DNA of 64,000 bases from Candidatus Poribacteria bacterium (GCA_965215265.1 OZ244048.1:2304001-2368000); one strand, 5' to 3'. Counted from the first letter of the stretch, positions 10,819 through 21,456 are shown. Notes: generated by a model not told the origin, from the sequence alone. Translations and numbers: made by a program.

Positions 10819-11832
10819 ATCCAAAAAAAGGGACTCCAGGGGATAGCCCAAATTATCGTACCGACAGCCCTGGCAATCGTTATTAGTTACTTCCTGCTAA
10901 AAGAAATTGAGCTTCAAGAGATACCAAAAACGCTCAGCCGTTTATCGATTAAGGCGATGCTCATCGGTTTCGGATGTTATTGCCTGCTTGTGTGGAGCAA
11001 AACGCTGCGGTTCCGCGAGTTATTGAGTTTGGCGATCCGGGTGCATCAACTCTTTCCTATACTCGCCTTGCACACCTTTTGGGGGAATCTTTTGCCGATG
11101 CGCACTGGTGATGTCTCTTATGTTTACCTGATGCAAAGGCGGCAGCAGGTGGAGGCAACACAGGGGATTGCATCCCTTCTGGTTGCAAGCGTTATAGATT
11201 TGGTACTGTTAATCAGTTTGATGGTTAGTACTGCTTGGCTGCTGCGTCCAAAACTGAGTGGCCGGTTTTCATGGGCTTTTCTGTACCTGATGCCCCTATT
11301 AATGGGAGTCTGCTTGGTGGTGGTGCTACTCTTCGCGTGTCTTGCGCCAAACTTCTGTAGTGCGATTGCGAATAAGGGTGCCGCAGTACTATTACGTGTG
11401 AGTTCTCGGTTTCCAAGTCCGGTGCCGAGCTTGCTCTGCTGGGCAATCAATAAGGGCCTGGAGGTCATCCAAGAATTTACGGTGGTACGATTCAATGCCC
11501 GTTTCCTGAGGGTTTGGGGATATTCGGTCGTCTGCCTTGCAATTCGTTTCGGGTTTCAATGCTATCTTGTTGCGGAGATGGGTGTCAATATCCCGTTAAC
11601 AGAGGTATTATTTGCCCTCGCGTTTACAAACGGTTTTAACCTATTGCCGATCCAAACTGTTGGGAATTTTGGGACAACGGAATTTCCATTTACCTTTTTG
11701 CTGTCGCATTTCGGCATACCAAAAGAGATAGGCACCGTCACAGGATTTAGTTTGCACATTATAATACTGCTATACTGCTTACCTTTAGGCGCGTATGGAT
11801 TCTTATCATCAATCCGTAGAAGAGGTAGGTAG
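10819..11832 (+). CDS. Lysylphosphatidylglycerol synthase TM-domain (flippase-like, UPF0104) membrane protein
   Basis: NLLPMRTGD and LLP...GNFG..E motifs, multiple TM helices; frame is open from ATC 10819 behind AGGAGG (first ATG at 10957). Confidence 0.8.
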   Translation: MQKKGLQGIAQIIVPTALAIVISYFLLKEIELQEIPKTLSRLSIKAMLIGFGCYCLLVWSKTLRFRELLSLAIRVHQLFPILALHTFWGNLLPMRTGDVSYVYLMQRRQQVEATQGIASLLVASVIDLVLLISLMVSTAWLLRPKLSGRFSWAFLYLMPLLMGVCLVVVLLFACLAPNFCSAIANKGAAVLLRVSSRFPSPVPSLLCWAINKGLEVIQEFTVVRFNARFLRVWGYSVVCLAIRFGFQCYLVAEMGVNIPLTEVLFALAFTNGFNLLPIQTVGNFGTTEFPFTFLLSHFGIPKEIGTVTGFSLHIIILLYCLPLGAYGFLSSIRRRGR

Positions 11833-11881
11833 CGGTTCATCGGTTAGAAGGTTTTGGCATAAACAACTCAGGAGAAATCAG

Positions 11882-12712
11882 ATGGCAATTATCGACCCGC
11901 ACGTTCACGTATGGAAGAACGACCCGCGGTTTCCGTGGGCCCCTGAGACAACACATCCGCCGTCTGAAGATGCGACAGCGGAAATGTTACTGGAATTGAT
12001 GGCAGAAAATGGGGTTGAAAAAACAGTACTTGTCCAGGTTATCCACTACCGCTGGGATAACAGTTATGCGGCAGATGCCTTAAAGAGATATCCGACTCAA
12101 TTCATGGGAGTCTGCCGGGTTAATCCGGAAGATCCGGAGGCACCCGACCATCTTAGCCGATGGACTGAAGAGGAGCGGTTCCATGGGGTTCGGCTGAGTC
12201 CTTCTGTCAATGCTGCCGGGGATTGGTTTACAGGTCCCTTCATGCCTCCTATCTTTAGTCGTGCGGAGGCACTCGGTGTACCGCTGCTGATGCTAACAGG
12301 TCCAGAGCGATTGGTGGATCTGGTCCCACTTTTGGAACAGCACCCGGACTTGGATGTTGTGATAGATCACATGGCAGATTGTTCACCAGAAGCACCTGAA
12401 AAATTGGAATTGCTACTGAATCTCGCCCGGTTTCCGAGAGTTTATGTCAAAATCAGTCATACCTGGTCGATTTCCAAAATGGGATATCCTTGGACAGATA
12501 CACACGAACAGGTAAAAAAAGTTTACCATACATTTGGTGGCAGGCGGCTAATGTGGGGTACAGATTGGCCTGTTTGTCTGAGCAGGGCAAGTTATTCGCA
12601 AACATTGGCTGTTGTGCGTAACGAGATGGACTTCTTCACGCCTGAAGACCGGGAATGGGTTTTAGGGAAGACAGCACTGCAGCTATGGAAGTTTGATAAA
12701 TTCGAAAAATAG
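11882..12712 (+). CDS. Amidohydrolase family 2 protein (lactonase-like)
   Basis: IIDPHVHVW, VVIDHM, RLMWGTDWP motifs. Confidence 0.85.
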   Translation: MAIIDPHVHVWKNDPRFPWAPETTHPPSEDATAEMLLELMAENGVEKTVLVQVIHYRWDNSYAADALKRYPTQFMGVCRVNPEDPEAPDHLSRWTEEERFHGVRLSPSVNAAGDWFTGPFMPPIFSRAEALGVPLLMLTGPERLVDLVPLLEQHPDLDVVIDHMADCSPEAPEKLELLLNLARFPRVYVKISHTWSISKMGYPWTDTHEQVKKVYHTFGGRRLMWGTDWPVCLSRASYSQTLAVVRNEMDFFTPEDREWVLGKTALQLWKFDKFEK

Positions 12713-12792
12713 AAATCACCGGCATCTTGCAAAATTCTACTAATTTGTGTTAACATAGAATTATTCAGATAACTCTATTACGATGAGAGGCA

Positions 12793-13155
12793 ATGACTAT
12801 GCCGTTTTGTCCTGAATGCAGCACAGAACACACGGTAGAAACGCCAATATGTCCGGATTGTCAGGTAGAACTTGTTCCAGCTGTAGCACCCACGCAACTG
12901 CCCGAGGCTATCGATTGGTATGCGATTGAATCCGTCCCGAACGAAGTCGCAGGGAATATCTTGAAAAGTGTTTTGGAGACTGAGGGCATTGATGTGTATT
13001 TGCGATGCAACGAAATGCCTGCTTATGGCGGTGCCATCATGGGCAACGTCGGAAAATCCGAATGGGGTGATATTCTTGTACCGGTTGCATCCATCTCGCG
13101 CGCCCGGGCATGCCTTAAGAACTATTTTGACTCTCTCTTAGAAGTTCGAGAATGA
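12793..13155 (+). CDS. Zinc-ribbon + DUF2007 putative signal-transducing protein
   Basis: FCPEC...CPDC followed by ILKSVLETEGI...ILVP. Confidence 0.7.
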   Translation: MTMPFCPECSTEHTVETPICPDCQVELVPAVAPTQLPEAIDWYAIESVPNEVAGNILKSVLETEGIDVYLRCNEMPAYGGAIMGNVGKSEWGDILVPVASISRARACLKNYFDSLLEVRE

Positions 13156-14330
13156 AAGCACGTATGCAGAGACTCCTTTTTACCCTAATTTTAATCCTTT
13201 TTCTCGCAAACGCCCCGGTTTTCGGGGAAAGTTACCGCATCCGGGAAGGTGATACACTTATTATCGCCATCATCGGCCAACCGGAGTATACGCAAACGGT
13301 GCAAGTGCGAGAAGACGGCATGATGAGTTACTTTGGAGGTGACTTGCACGTTGCCGGTAAAACCGCCGATACAGTGAACCAATACATTCGAGACTTTCTA
13401 GTGAAGCATGAGCTCGTCAGGAATCCTGTCATCATGGTTTCACCGGTGCCACAAGAGAATGGCATTTTCGTTGGCGGTGCGGTTACAACACCAGGTCGTT
13501 ACGTTATCTCACCTAATGCAAATATCGGCTTGTACCGGGCGATTGCACTTGCAGGAGGTATGGCGGAAAATGCTGATGTCCAACAGGTACAACTCATTCG
13601 TGCAAAAGGTAAAGAATCAGAGGCAGTTGTTGAAACCTACGAGCTCTCTATAAACCGACCGTACCGGAACATAAGCGTTAATGTGGCCGATCTGGTGTAC
13701 GTGATGCCGATGAGCGTGGTTGAGGTGCAAGGGGAAATAAAAGTGCCGGGGAAGCTGTTTATCCGTGGTAAAATCGGCGTTGCTGAAGCATTAGCGAAAG
13801 CAGGCGGATTGACAGAGGAAGCAGACCTCACAGCACTTGTCAAAGTTAGCAGAGACGGCAATCTTTCTGAATTCAGTCTACCGGAACAGTTTTGGAAACC
13901 TACGGGAACACCGAAGAATTTGAATGCCGTGCCGCCTCCTTCGTTATCCGATGGTGATGTGCTGTTTGTACCAAACGCATTCAAGGTAACGCCTATCTAC
14001 ATCATCGGCTATGTCCAGACTCCCGGTGCGCAACGCGTGCGCGGTCCGGTAACCCTGGCGCAAGCTATTGCACTCGCCGGTGGGTTCGAAGATCTGGCAA
14101 ATAAGGAAAACGTCATTATTCATCGTCGTGACGGTAGCAGTATCGAACATCCATTTGTTTTTAATTATAAGGGAGCTGGAAGCAACACACGTGAAGACTT
14201 GGTATTGTTATATCCTGGGGATATTTTGGAGGTAGACAAGCGGTTTCAGGTGAACTGGGGGCTGGTGAGTACCGTCACTTCTACAGCGCTTGGGATAATC
14301 AGTTTTATCATCGCATTTACCGGAAATTAG
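13152..14330 (+). CDS. Polysaccharide export / SLBB-domain protein (Wza-like)
   Basis: Signal peptide, YRIREGD..VREDG Poly_export motif, three G.V..PG...AIALAGG SLBB repeats, C-terminal TM helix. Confidence 0.8.
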   Translation: MKARMQRLLFTLILILFLANAPVFGESYRIREGDTLIIAIIGQPEYTQTVQVREDGMMSYFGGDLHVAGKTADTVNQYIRDFLVKHELVRNPVIMVSPVPQENGIFVGGAVTTPGRYVISPNANIGLYRAIALAGGMAENADVQQVQLIRAKGKESEAVVETYELSINRPYRNISVNVADLVYVMPMSVVEVQGEIKVPGKLFIRGKIGVAEALAKAGGLTEEADLTALVKVSRDGNLSEFSLPEQFWKPTGTPKNLNAVPPPSLSDGDVLFVPNAFKVTPIYIIGYVQTPGAQRVRGPVTLAQAIALAGGFEDLANKENVIIHRRDGSSIEHPFVFNYKGAGSNTREDLVLLYPGDILEVDKRFQVNWGLVSTVTSTALGIISFIIAFTGN

Positions 14331-14405
14331 AATGTTTTCACAAAGTTTTACACACTGACGAAAATATATCCGCCTTCGAAGATTCAACTTAAGCGGAGAC
14401 ACTTT

Positions 14406-15338
14406 ATGAACAAATTCTTCATCCCATCTATCATCATAACGTTTATTCTGGTTGGGCTGCCCGCTGCGGCACAGAATACTGATATCCATGAAAATGCGGG
14501 TACCCGCGCAATGACGTTCCTAAAAATCGGTGTCGGCGCGAAGGCAATCGGCATGGGCGAGTCCCATGTTGCCGCTGCAGACGATCTCTATGCATCTTAT
14601 TGGAACCCGGCTGGGCTCTCACAGTTACAACAGCCACAACTCGCCCTGATGCATAATGAATGGTTCGCTGGCATTAACCACGAATTTGTTGGCTTTGCGC
14701 TCCCGATTCGTGATATAGGGACGATCGGGGCTTCTGCGAATTTCTTGTCGTACGGTGAATTGCAAGGGCGAGACCGGGACGGCAATGAGACGACCCTCTT
14801 CCGTCCTTACGATCTGGCACTCATCTTCTCGTATGCCCGGGCTTTCGGAGCGTCGCTGGCGTTTGGTGCAAACGCAAAATTCTTGCGCGAACAAATTGCT
14901 GATACAAGTGGCAGCGGTATCGCCTTCGATTTTGGGGGATTGTACAGGTTCATAGAACTTCCACTCTCGCTTGGGTTCAACGCACAGCATGCGGGACCTC
15001 GCGTGCAGTTTATAGAGGAGGCTTTCGGTCTTCCGTTTACTTTCAGGCTGGGTGCGGCTTACCGTGCATGGGGCGATTCTCTCATCCTAACTATGGATGC
15101 CATTCGTCCTTCCGACAACGATATTGCTGTCGGAGTTGGTGCAGGCTATACGATAGCTAACATTTTGCAGCTTCGCACTGGTTATAAATACAAACTGGGC
15201 GGTAACGATTTAGGTGCGACTTTTGGACTCGCTGGTGGTTTTGGGCTTACGCTTGGGCAATTCCAAATTGATTACGCGCTTGTACCGTTTGGGGTGTTGG
15301 GATTGACGCATCGGTTTTCGCTTGTTGCCAATTTTTAA
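14406..15338 (+). CDS. PorV/PorQ-family outer-membrane beta-barrel
   Basis: FLKIGVGAKAIGMG, YWNPAGL, IDYA..PFG.LG.THRFSL ending in F. Confidence 0.85.
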   Translation: MNKFFIPSIIITFILVGLPAAAQNTDIHENAGTRAMTFLKIGVGAKAIGMGESHVAAADDLYASYWNPAGLSQLQQPQLALMHNEWFAGINHEFVGFALPIRDIGTIGASANFLSYGELQGRDRDGNETTLFRPYDLALIFSYARAFGASLAFGANAKFLREQIADTSGSGIAFDFGGLYRFIELPLSLGFNAQHAGPRVQFIEEAFGLPFTFRLGAAYRAWGDSLILTMDAIRPSDNDIAVGVGAGYTIANILQLRTGYKYKLGGNDLGATFGLAGGFGLTLGQFQIDYALVPFGVLGLTHRFSLVANF

Positions 15339-15366
15339 GGGATTTTAAGGGGCTGTAAGTTTTTCT

Positions 15367-16068
15367 TTAACCACGCTCCTTACTCAGTTTGCTATGATAG
15401 TTTATAGCAGCGTCGATAAACGCCTCAAATAACTTCCGTGCATGTTCACGAAGGGCTGGGACTTTCAGCATCCGTTCCGGGTGGTATTGCACGCCGAGAG
15501 CGAAACGTTTTGAAGGCATTTCGATCGCTTCTATCACTCCATCTTCTGTGTACGCTGTAACAACGAACCCATCTGCAGCTTTGTCCACTGCCTGATGATG
15601 CGCGGAATTCACTTCTGAGACGCACTCGCCGGTGAGTTGGCTGAGCAGGCTCTCTTTCACAATCTCAATTTTATGTCGAGAGTCGTTGTAGTCTTCGTCT
15701 CTTGTATGACGTAAGGTTTCTCCTGGAATCAGCGAGATATCTTGATAGAGGTTTTCCCCCATTGCTACGTTCATTACTTGGATGCCGCGGCAGATGCCAA
15801 AAATAGGTATGTCGGCTTCAAGTACCTGTTGGCACAACGGGAGCTCGAGCTTATCGCGTCTTTTATTAACATATATAATACTTTCATGGCAGGCTTGGTC
15901 GTAATAGCATGGGTGGATATCGCCACCTCCAGTTAAAAGCAGACCATCAAATTTTGGAGGTTTTTCATCAGGACCCAAAAGAATTGGTTCCCCGCCGTAC
16001 AGTTCAATTGCACGAGTATAATTGCTAACTTCACTCACGCCCTTTGTAATACAGATAACTGGTTTCAT
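15367..16068 (-). CDS. Gamma-glutamyl-gamma-aminobutyrate hydrolase family (peptidase C26, class I glutamine amidotransferase)
   Basis: LLLTGGGDI, GICRG.Q, VNSAHHQ, GVQYHPE. Confidence 0.9.
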   Translation of the reverse strand: MKPVICITKGVSEVSNYTRAIELYGGEPILLGPDEKPPKFDGLLLTGGGDIHPCYYDQACHESIIYVNKRRDKLELPLCQQVLEADIPIFGICRGIQVMNVAMGENLYQDISLIPGETLRHTRDEDYNDSRHKIEIVKESLLSQLTGECVSEVNSAHHQAVDKAADGFVVTAYTEDGVIEAIEMPSKRFALGVQYHPERMLKVPALREHARKLFEAFIDAAINYHSKLSKERG

Positions 16069-16231
16069 TTTTATTTTAAAGGCTCCTTTCTGTCATGTCT
16101 GTTATTTATAAATTATACCTTTTTTCCCATCAATTTGCAAATCGAGTCCGTAATTAGTTTATCTGATGAATGCTGATTCAGAAAATGAAATTAAATTGCA
16201 TTAACAGCCAACTGTATGGTATAATTAACCT

Positions 16232-17014
16232 ATGGCATTCAGGTTAGAAGAAATTTCCGGAGCAGAACTATCTATCAGAGAGAATAGCACGCCAATCCTT
16301 ACCTATTGCTATGGCGATTCTGCAGAACCGCCATATTTTCATCCGATTTATGCCCCGGGTGGACAGCAGACGACCGGGGCAGCGGAGGTAAAACAACGGG
16401 AATCGAAAGGACTATATTTCACTTGTGGGACTGTTCATGGCAAAAATGAGCAGAATGCACACATGTCCCGGAAGATGCAGAATGTCATCTCCACGGTGGA
16501 AATCGTAAAATTTGAGTTAACGACAAGGTGGAACGTTCCAGACCTGATGTTTATGGAACAGTGCCACGTGACAGTTTATCCTTGCGAAATAGATGTACAA
16601 GTGCTCGATCTGGAAATCAAACTCCACGCACCGACAGTCACTCTGGCTTTTGAAGACAATACCGGGCTCGGTTACAACGCCGCTGAGATGGAATATCGGA
16701 AAGCAGTAGATGCCAACGGCCGTATCGGTGAGTCAGAAGTGAGCGGACAATTCTCAGCATGGGGCACGCTCAGCGGTATTGCTGCCAATAAACCTATCGG
16801 GGTTGGAATTTTACCGCATCCGGACAATGGGCAGACACGGTTTGAAGCGCAGGATGCATCGCTCGGATTTCTGAAGGCGTGCCCTGAACCTTTCAGGTTG
16901 GAAGTAGGCGGTACACGCGCGCTAAGGTACCGTGTACTTATCTACGTTGGCGACCTTTTTACTGTAGATGTTGCCAATTATTATGATGCCTATTGCGATC
17001 GCGCCTTGCACTGA
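16232..17014 (+). CDS. PmoA/DUF6807-like hypothetical protein
   Basis: PYFHPIYAPGG, HPDN and LRYRVLIY motifs typical of the family. Confidence 0.55.
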   Translation: MAFRLEEISGAELSIRENSTPILTYCYGDSAEPPYFHPIYAPGGQQTTGAAEVKQRESKGLYFTCGTVHGKNEQNAHMSRKMQNVISTVEIVKFELTTRWNVPDLMFMEQCHVTVYPCEIDVQVLDLEIKLHAPTVTLAFEDNTGLGYNAAEMEYRKAVDANGRIGESEVSGQFSAWGTLSGIAANKPIGVGILPHPDNGQTRFEAQDASLGFLKACPEPFRLEVGGTRALRYRVLIYVGDLFTVDVANYYDAYCDRALH

Positions 17015-17023
17015 GGGATAACC

Positions 17024-18460
17024 ATGAGCAAAAATACCACCATAACACTCCCGTTAACAATTCGTACCGGACAGACGCATGTGAAAGATGATCTGGTACG
17101 AGAACAAACGGGGCAGCAACAAAATGCTGAAGCGGGTGGACGTAAGGTTTACATAGAAACCTATGGCTGTCAGATGAACGTCAGCGACAGCGAACTGATG
17201 GCGGGTATCCTAAACCAAAGTGGCCACCAGACGGTCTCAACCCTTGATGATGCAGATGTTGTTCTGGTGAATACTTGTGCAATCCGGGAGAACGCTGAAA
17301 CAAAGGTGATAAACCGGTTAAAGCAGTTAAGCCACCGGAAACGCCGGTACCCTGAATTTGTTATCGGTGTATGTGGTTGTATGGCGCAACACCTACGCGA
17401 ACGGCTCGTGGCAGCAGCCCCATACGTCGATCTGGTGATGGGTCCCGATGCGTATAGACATTTGCCTCTGGCATTGAACTCCGTGACAAAGCGCGACCCG
17501 TTTATCAGTCTACAGCTGGACAAAAGAGAGGCTTATAGCGATATCACGCCCATCCGAAAAGAGGGGATTCGTGCCTGGCTTACCATTCAGCGTGGCTGTG
17601 ATAAAATGTGCACTTTCTGCATCGTGCCGTTCGTGCGCGGCAGAGAACGGAGCCTGCCCCTCAAACGCATCGTGGAAGATGTAGAGAAACTCGTTGACCA
17701 AGGGTTTAAGGAAGTTGTGCTATTGGGTCAGACTGTGAATTCCTATCGCGATAGAGGTGCCGACTTTGGCGAGCTGCTCTACGTTGTAGGCAATGTGAAA
17801 GGTGTAGAACGGGTACGGTTCACCTCGCCGCATCCGGCAGATGCTACGGACAGTATGATTGACGCGATGGCGAGTTGTCCTACCGTCTGTAAACACCTGC
17901 ATCTGCCGTTGCAATCCGGTGCAACCACTGTCTTGGAACGGATGCGCCGTACCTACACAGCGGAGGAATATGGAACGCTTGTTGCGCGTTTGCGCGAACG
18001 CATCCCTAATATTGCCCTGACGACAGATATTATAGTCGGCTTCTCTGGTGAAACGGAAGAAGAATTTATGCAGACCTACGAACTCATGGCAGATATTCGC
18101 TACGATTCGGCGTTTATGTTCAAATACTCTGACCGGACGGGTACGCTTGCTCACAAAGCATTCCCAGACGATGTACCCGCAACTGAAAAAGGGAGACGTT
18201 TAACGGCGATAATTGAACTCCAAGAGCAGATCTCTGCTGAAATCAACCGTAGTGCTATCGGAAAATCGTACACCGTGCTTATTGAAGGTGCATCAAAACG
18301 AAACGTTGATAACTACCACGGGAAGACGGACGGCTTCAAAACAACTGTCTTTCCGAAAGAAGACAGCAAAATAGGCGAATTCGTTGATGTTTGCATTGAG
18401 AATGCGACGGCGCATACCTTACTCGGGCGAATCGTTTTTTCGTCTAGTGCAGCCCAATAA
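17024..18460 (+). CDS. miaB: tRNA-2-methylthio-N6-dimethylallyladenosine synthase
   Basis: ETYGCQMN..DSE, NTCAIRE, CxxxCxxC (GCDKMCTFC), RFTSPHP, C-terminal TRAM domain. Confidence 0.95.
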   Translation: MSKNTTITLPLTIRTGQTHVKDDLVREQTGQQQNAEAGGRKVYIETYGCQMNVSDSELMAGILNQSGHQTVSTLDDADVVLVNTCAIRENAETKVINRLKQLSHRKRRYPEFVIGVCGCMAQHLRERLVAAAPYVDLVMGPDAYRHLPLALNSVTKRDPFISLQLDKREAYSDITPIRKEGIRAWLTIQRGCDKMCTFCIVPFVRGRERSLPLKRIVEDVEKLVDQGFKEVVLLGQTVNSYRDRGADFGELLYVVGNVKGVERVRFTSPHPADATDSMIDAMASCPTVCKHLHLPLQSGATTVLERMRRTYTAEEYGTLVARLRERIPNIALTTDIIVGFSGETEEEFMQTYELMADIRYDSAFMFKYSDRTGTLAHKAFPDDVPATEKGRRLTAIIELQEQISAEINRSAIGKSYTVLIEGASKRNVDNYHGKTDGFKTTVFPKEDSKIGEFVDVCIENATAHTLLGRIVFSSSAAQ

Positions 18461-19031
18461 AGGTTTATGCTATGTTAAAGCCCTTACAAATCTCGTCAGA
18501 GCCGTCTGATTTCTACGAATCATAACATCAGAACTTGACGACACCGCTAAAGAGTGCAGGCTCGGAAATAAGTCTGATTTCTACGAATCATAACATCAGA
18601 ACCCTCCGACGAGATTTACACACGAGTACCCACGACATAAGCGTTGATGGTACGGAAATATACAAAAACACAAATCTCGTCAGAGCCGTCTTAGGTTTAG
18701 AATCTAAACATCTTTTCGTCTAGTGCAGTCCAATAAAGGCTTTTTCGGCTACCGGGGCCCAACAATGATTAATGTTTTGATAACCTTAGCATAAATCTCG
18801 CTAGTGGCAGGATAGGTATCTTTCTCTGTCCATGAGAGAAGATTACCTTTTACTCGCCACCCATTGGGAAAACCGAACTTGCCAACCCATTGGGAAAACC
18901 GAACCCCGCCACCTGCCACCCACTGGGAGCCGTTTATGTTTAGATTTTAAAGACATTACCTAGAGCGTCTCCGACGAGATTTACATCGGAGCGTAAAAAC
19001 ATAACCTTTGATGGTACGGAGATATACGAAA
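18435..19031. repeat. Composite of palindromic MITE/ERIC-like repeat units with a nested second element
   Basis: Arms ttttcgtctagtgcagYccaataaagg...aaatctcgtcagagcc and ctccgacgagatttaca...ttgatggtacggaRatatacRaaa recur in inverted orientation. Confidence 0.8.
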
Positions 19032-19034
19032 GAT

Positions 19035-19814
19035 ATGCAAAAACTGAGCATCAAGAGTAGACATGAAATTGAGAAGATGCGGCAGAGCGGCAAAGCTGCT
19101 GCCAGTGTACTGCACCAAATTGCGAGAGCAATTCGACCGGGTGTTTCCACTGCAGAATTGGAGTCGGTAGCACAAGAAGCAACTGCTGAAGTCAATGCTG
19201 CCCCATCCTTTCTGGGTTATAAGATAGATGGGCATCCTCCGTATCCTGCCCGGATTTGTGTATCTGTTAACGACGTGGTCATCCACGGCATTCCGAGCAA
19301 AACTGAGAAACTCAGAGAGGGCGATATTATCGGAGTAGACACGGCAGTGAAACGGGGTGGATTCCACGGAGATAATGCCTTCACGTTTCCTGTCGGGGAA
19401 ATTTCTGCGGAGGTACAGAGGTTACTTGATGTCACGAAAAAGTCGCTTTACGCTGCAATTGCGGAAGCCAAGCCGGGGAATCGCATCGGTGATATCGCCT
19501 TCCAATTGCAATCTGTCGCGGAGGATGCAGGGTATTCCGTGATTCAAGCGTTTGCTGGCCACGGCATTGGGCGGCACATGCACGAAAAACCCGAAGTACC
19601 TTGCTTCGGTATACCCGGGATAGGTGAACGTTTGAGAGCGGGCATGGTGCTTGCCGTTGAAGCGATGGTGAATGCCGGCACTTCCGATGTGCAAATAGGG
19701 CAAGATGGGTGGACAATCGTTACTGCAGATGGTAGTCTCTCCGCCTTCTATGAGCATACGGTCGCCGTACTTTCGGACGGTCCCGAAATTCTAACTGGCA
19801 GCCCGATTTGGTGA
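19035..19814 (+). CDS. map: Methionine aminopeptidase type I
   Basis: CVSVND.VIHGIP, GD, GHGIG..MHE, SA.YEHT motifs; ATG 19035 follows the repeat-borne GGAG. Confidence 0.93.
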   Translation: MQKLSIKSRHEIEKMRQSGKAAASVLHQIARAIRPGVSTAELESVAQEATAEVNAAPSFLGYKIDGHPPYPARICVSVNDVVIHGIPSKTEKLREGDIIGVDTAVKRGGFHGDNAFTFPVGEISAEVQRLLDVTKKSLYAAIAEAKPGNRIGDIAFQLQSVAEDAGYSVIQAFAGHGIGRHMHEKPEVPCFGIPGIGERLRAGMVLAVEAMVNAGTSDVQIGQDGWTIVTADGSLSAFYEHTVAVLSDGPEILTGSPIW

Positions 19815-19816
19815 TC

Positions 19817-20243
19817 TTTTGTCTTTTTGTCTACTGCAGCCCAACAAAGGCTTTTTTCGTCTACCGGAGCCCAACAATGATTAATGTTTTGATTTTTCGT
19901 CCAGTTCAGCACGTCAACCTGCGATGTTTTGATAACCTTAGCACAAAACTCGCCAGTGGCAGGATAGGTATGGCAGGATAGGTATTCTTTATCTCTCCTT
20001 TCAGGAGAGATAAGATTCCCTTTTACCTGCCACCCACTGGGACAAGAAAACCGAACCCCGCCACCTGCCATCTATAGACCTGCTTAGGTATCGTCTTTAA
20101 AGTCAAAACCTAAGGAATCTCAGACGAGATTTACACGGTAATAAACATAACATCAGGCGTTATCGGGCTTAAATATACAAAAAAACGAGATTTTCACACG
20201 AGCCATCAATACCTAAGCGTTGATGGTCCGGAGATATATAAAA
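19817..20243. repeat. Palindromic MITE-like composite repeat
   Basis: Same motifs as 18435-19031; near-identical inverted copy at 26392-26955. Confidence 0.8.
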
Positions 20244-20245
20244 GA

Positions 20246-20914
20246 ATGAAAATTATAGCGATTCTGACAACCCTTCTCCTCTTCATCTCACTCTATCTCA
20301 TCTTCGCGTATGCGCCGGTCGAACGGACGATGCTGGAAGTACAGAAGATTTTCTACTTCCACGTATCCGCGGCCCTCACCGTTTTCCTTGCGTTTGGCGT
20401 GAATTTTGTGCTGAGCATCAAGTACCTCATTAAACGTAAAATAACCGATGATCTGTTAGCCAGCGCGGCGGCTGAACTCGGCTTGTTATTCTGCACAATT
20501 GCGTTACTCTCAGGTCCGATTTGGGCCCGGTATGCCTGGAACACTTGGTGGAATTGGGAACCGAGGCTGACCAGCACGCTCATTCTCTGGCTGATGTACG
20601 TCGGATATTTTATCCTACGAACCGGCTTATCGGGAGACAAACGGAGGCTATATTCTGCTGTGCTCGGTGTGATTGCCTACCTTGACGTGCCTATCGTCTA
20701 TTATGCTGTCGATATATGGCACGGTGGATTACATCCAGACCGCGGCACAAAATGGAACCTGGAACAGGCGATGCAATGGACGTGGATGATGTCTCTCGCG
20801 GCGTTCATCATGCTCTTCTGCTTCTTGCTTATTCTACGGTATCAGAGTAAAAAGAATGAAGCACGTTATGATATTCTTAGACAACATTACTTAGAGGGGG
20901 AGGGAGCGGTCTGA
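20246..20914 (+). CDS. ccmC: Cytochrome c biogenesis heme exporter C (CcmC/CcsA family)
   Basis: KIFYFHV, WARYAWNTWWNWEPRLTS (WWD motif), LHP. Confidence 0.85.
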   Translation: MKIIAILTTLLLFISLYLIFAYAPVERTMLEVQKIFYFHVSAALTVFLAFGVNFVLSIKYLIKRKITDDLLASAAAELGLLFCTIALLSGPIWARYAWNTWWNWEPRLTSTLILWLMYVGYFILRTGLSGDKRRLYSAVLGVIAYLDVPIVYYAVDIWHGGLHPDRGTKWNLEQAMQWTWMMSLAAFIMLFCFLLILRYQSKKNEARYDILRQHYLEGEGAV

Positions 20915-20925
20915 ACGGTGCATCG

Positions 20926-21050
20926 CTTTTTCGTATACTGCAGCACCTAGAAACCCTCCGACGAGATTTGTACAAGGCTTATCAAAACATCGCAGGTTGA
21001 CGTGCTGAAATATACAAAAAGTTAACGTGCTGAAATATACAAAAATAGGT
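20926..21050. repeat. Short copy of the MITE-like repeat
   Basis: ttttcgtatactgcagc, ccctccgacgagattt and two copies of cgtgctgaaatatacaaaa. Confidence 0.7.
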
Positions 21051-21059
21051 ATTTTATCT

Positions 21060-21413
21060 ATGCGAATTCTCATCTTAGCTAGTTTTTTGATTAGTTTTAG
21101 TCTCTTCTTAACAACCCAAATTCCGGTAACCTTAACAGCAGATGAAATCTCACAGTCCGTGTCCGATGCAATTGCAGAAACACAAGTTAATGTGGATGAA
21201 GATGAAGTGGAACGGGCAGTGCAACTGTCGGTTACCAAACTGGAACAAGCACAACGCAAGCGCTTGAAATACCTTGCCGGTGCCTACTTCGTGATATGGT
21301 TGGTATTTATGCTCTATGTGTTGAAGTTGGCACAGCAGCATAACACCTTGGACAAACGTTTGGCGCAATTAGAACAAGGGTTAGCGTGGGACGAAAAAGC
21401 AGACACGCTATAG
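21060..21413 (+). CDS. CcmD-family protein with N-terminal extension
   Basis: C-terminal YLAGAYFVIWLVFMLYVLKL..Q..L..RL..LE; directly after ccmC. Confidence 0.65.
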   Translation: MRILILASFLISFSLFLTTQIPVTLTADEISQSVSDAIAETQVNVDEDEVERAVQLSVTKLEQAQRKRLKYLAGAYFVIWLVFMLYVLKLAQQHNTLDKRLAQLEQGLAWDEKADTL

Positions 21414-21456
21414 GGTGTCGATCTTCCGTAAAGTACAAGCGGTGATGCGATTGCAT

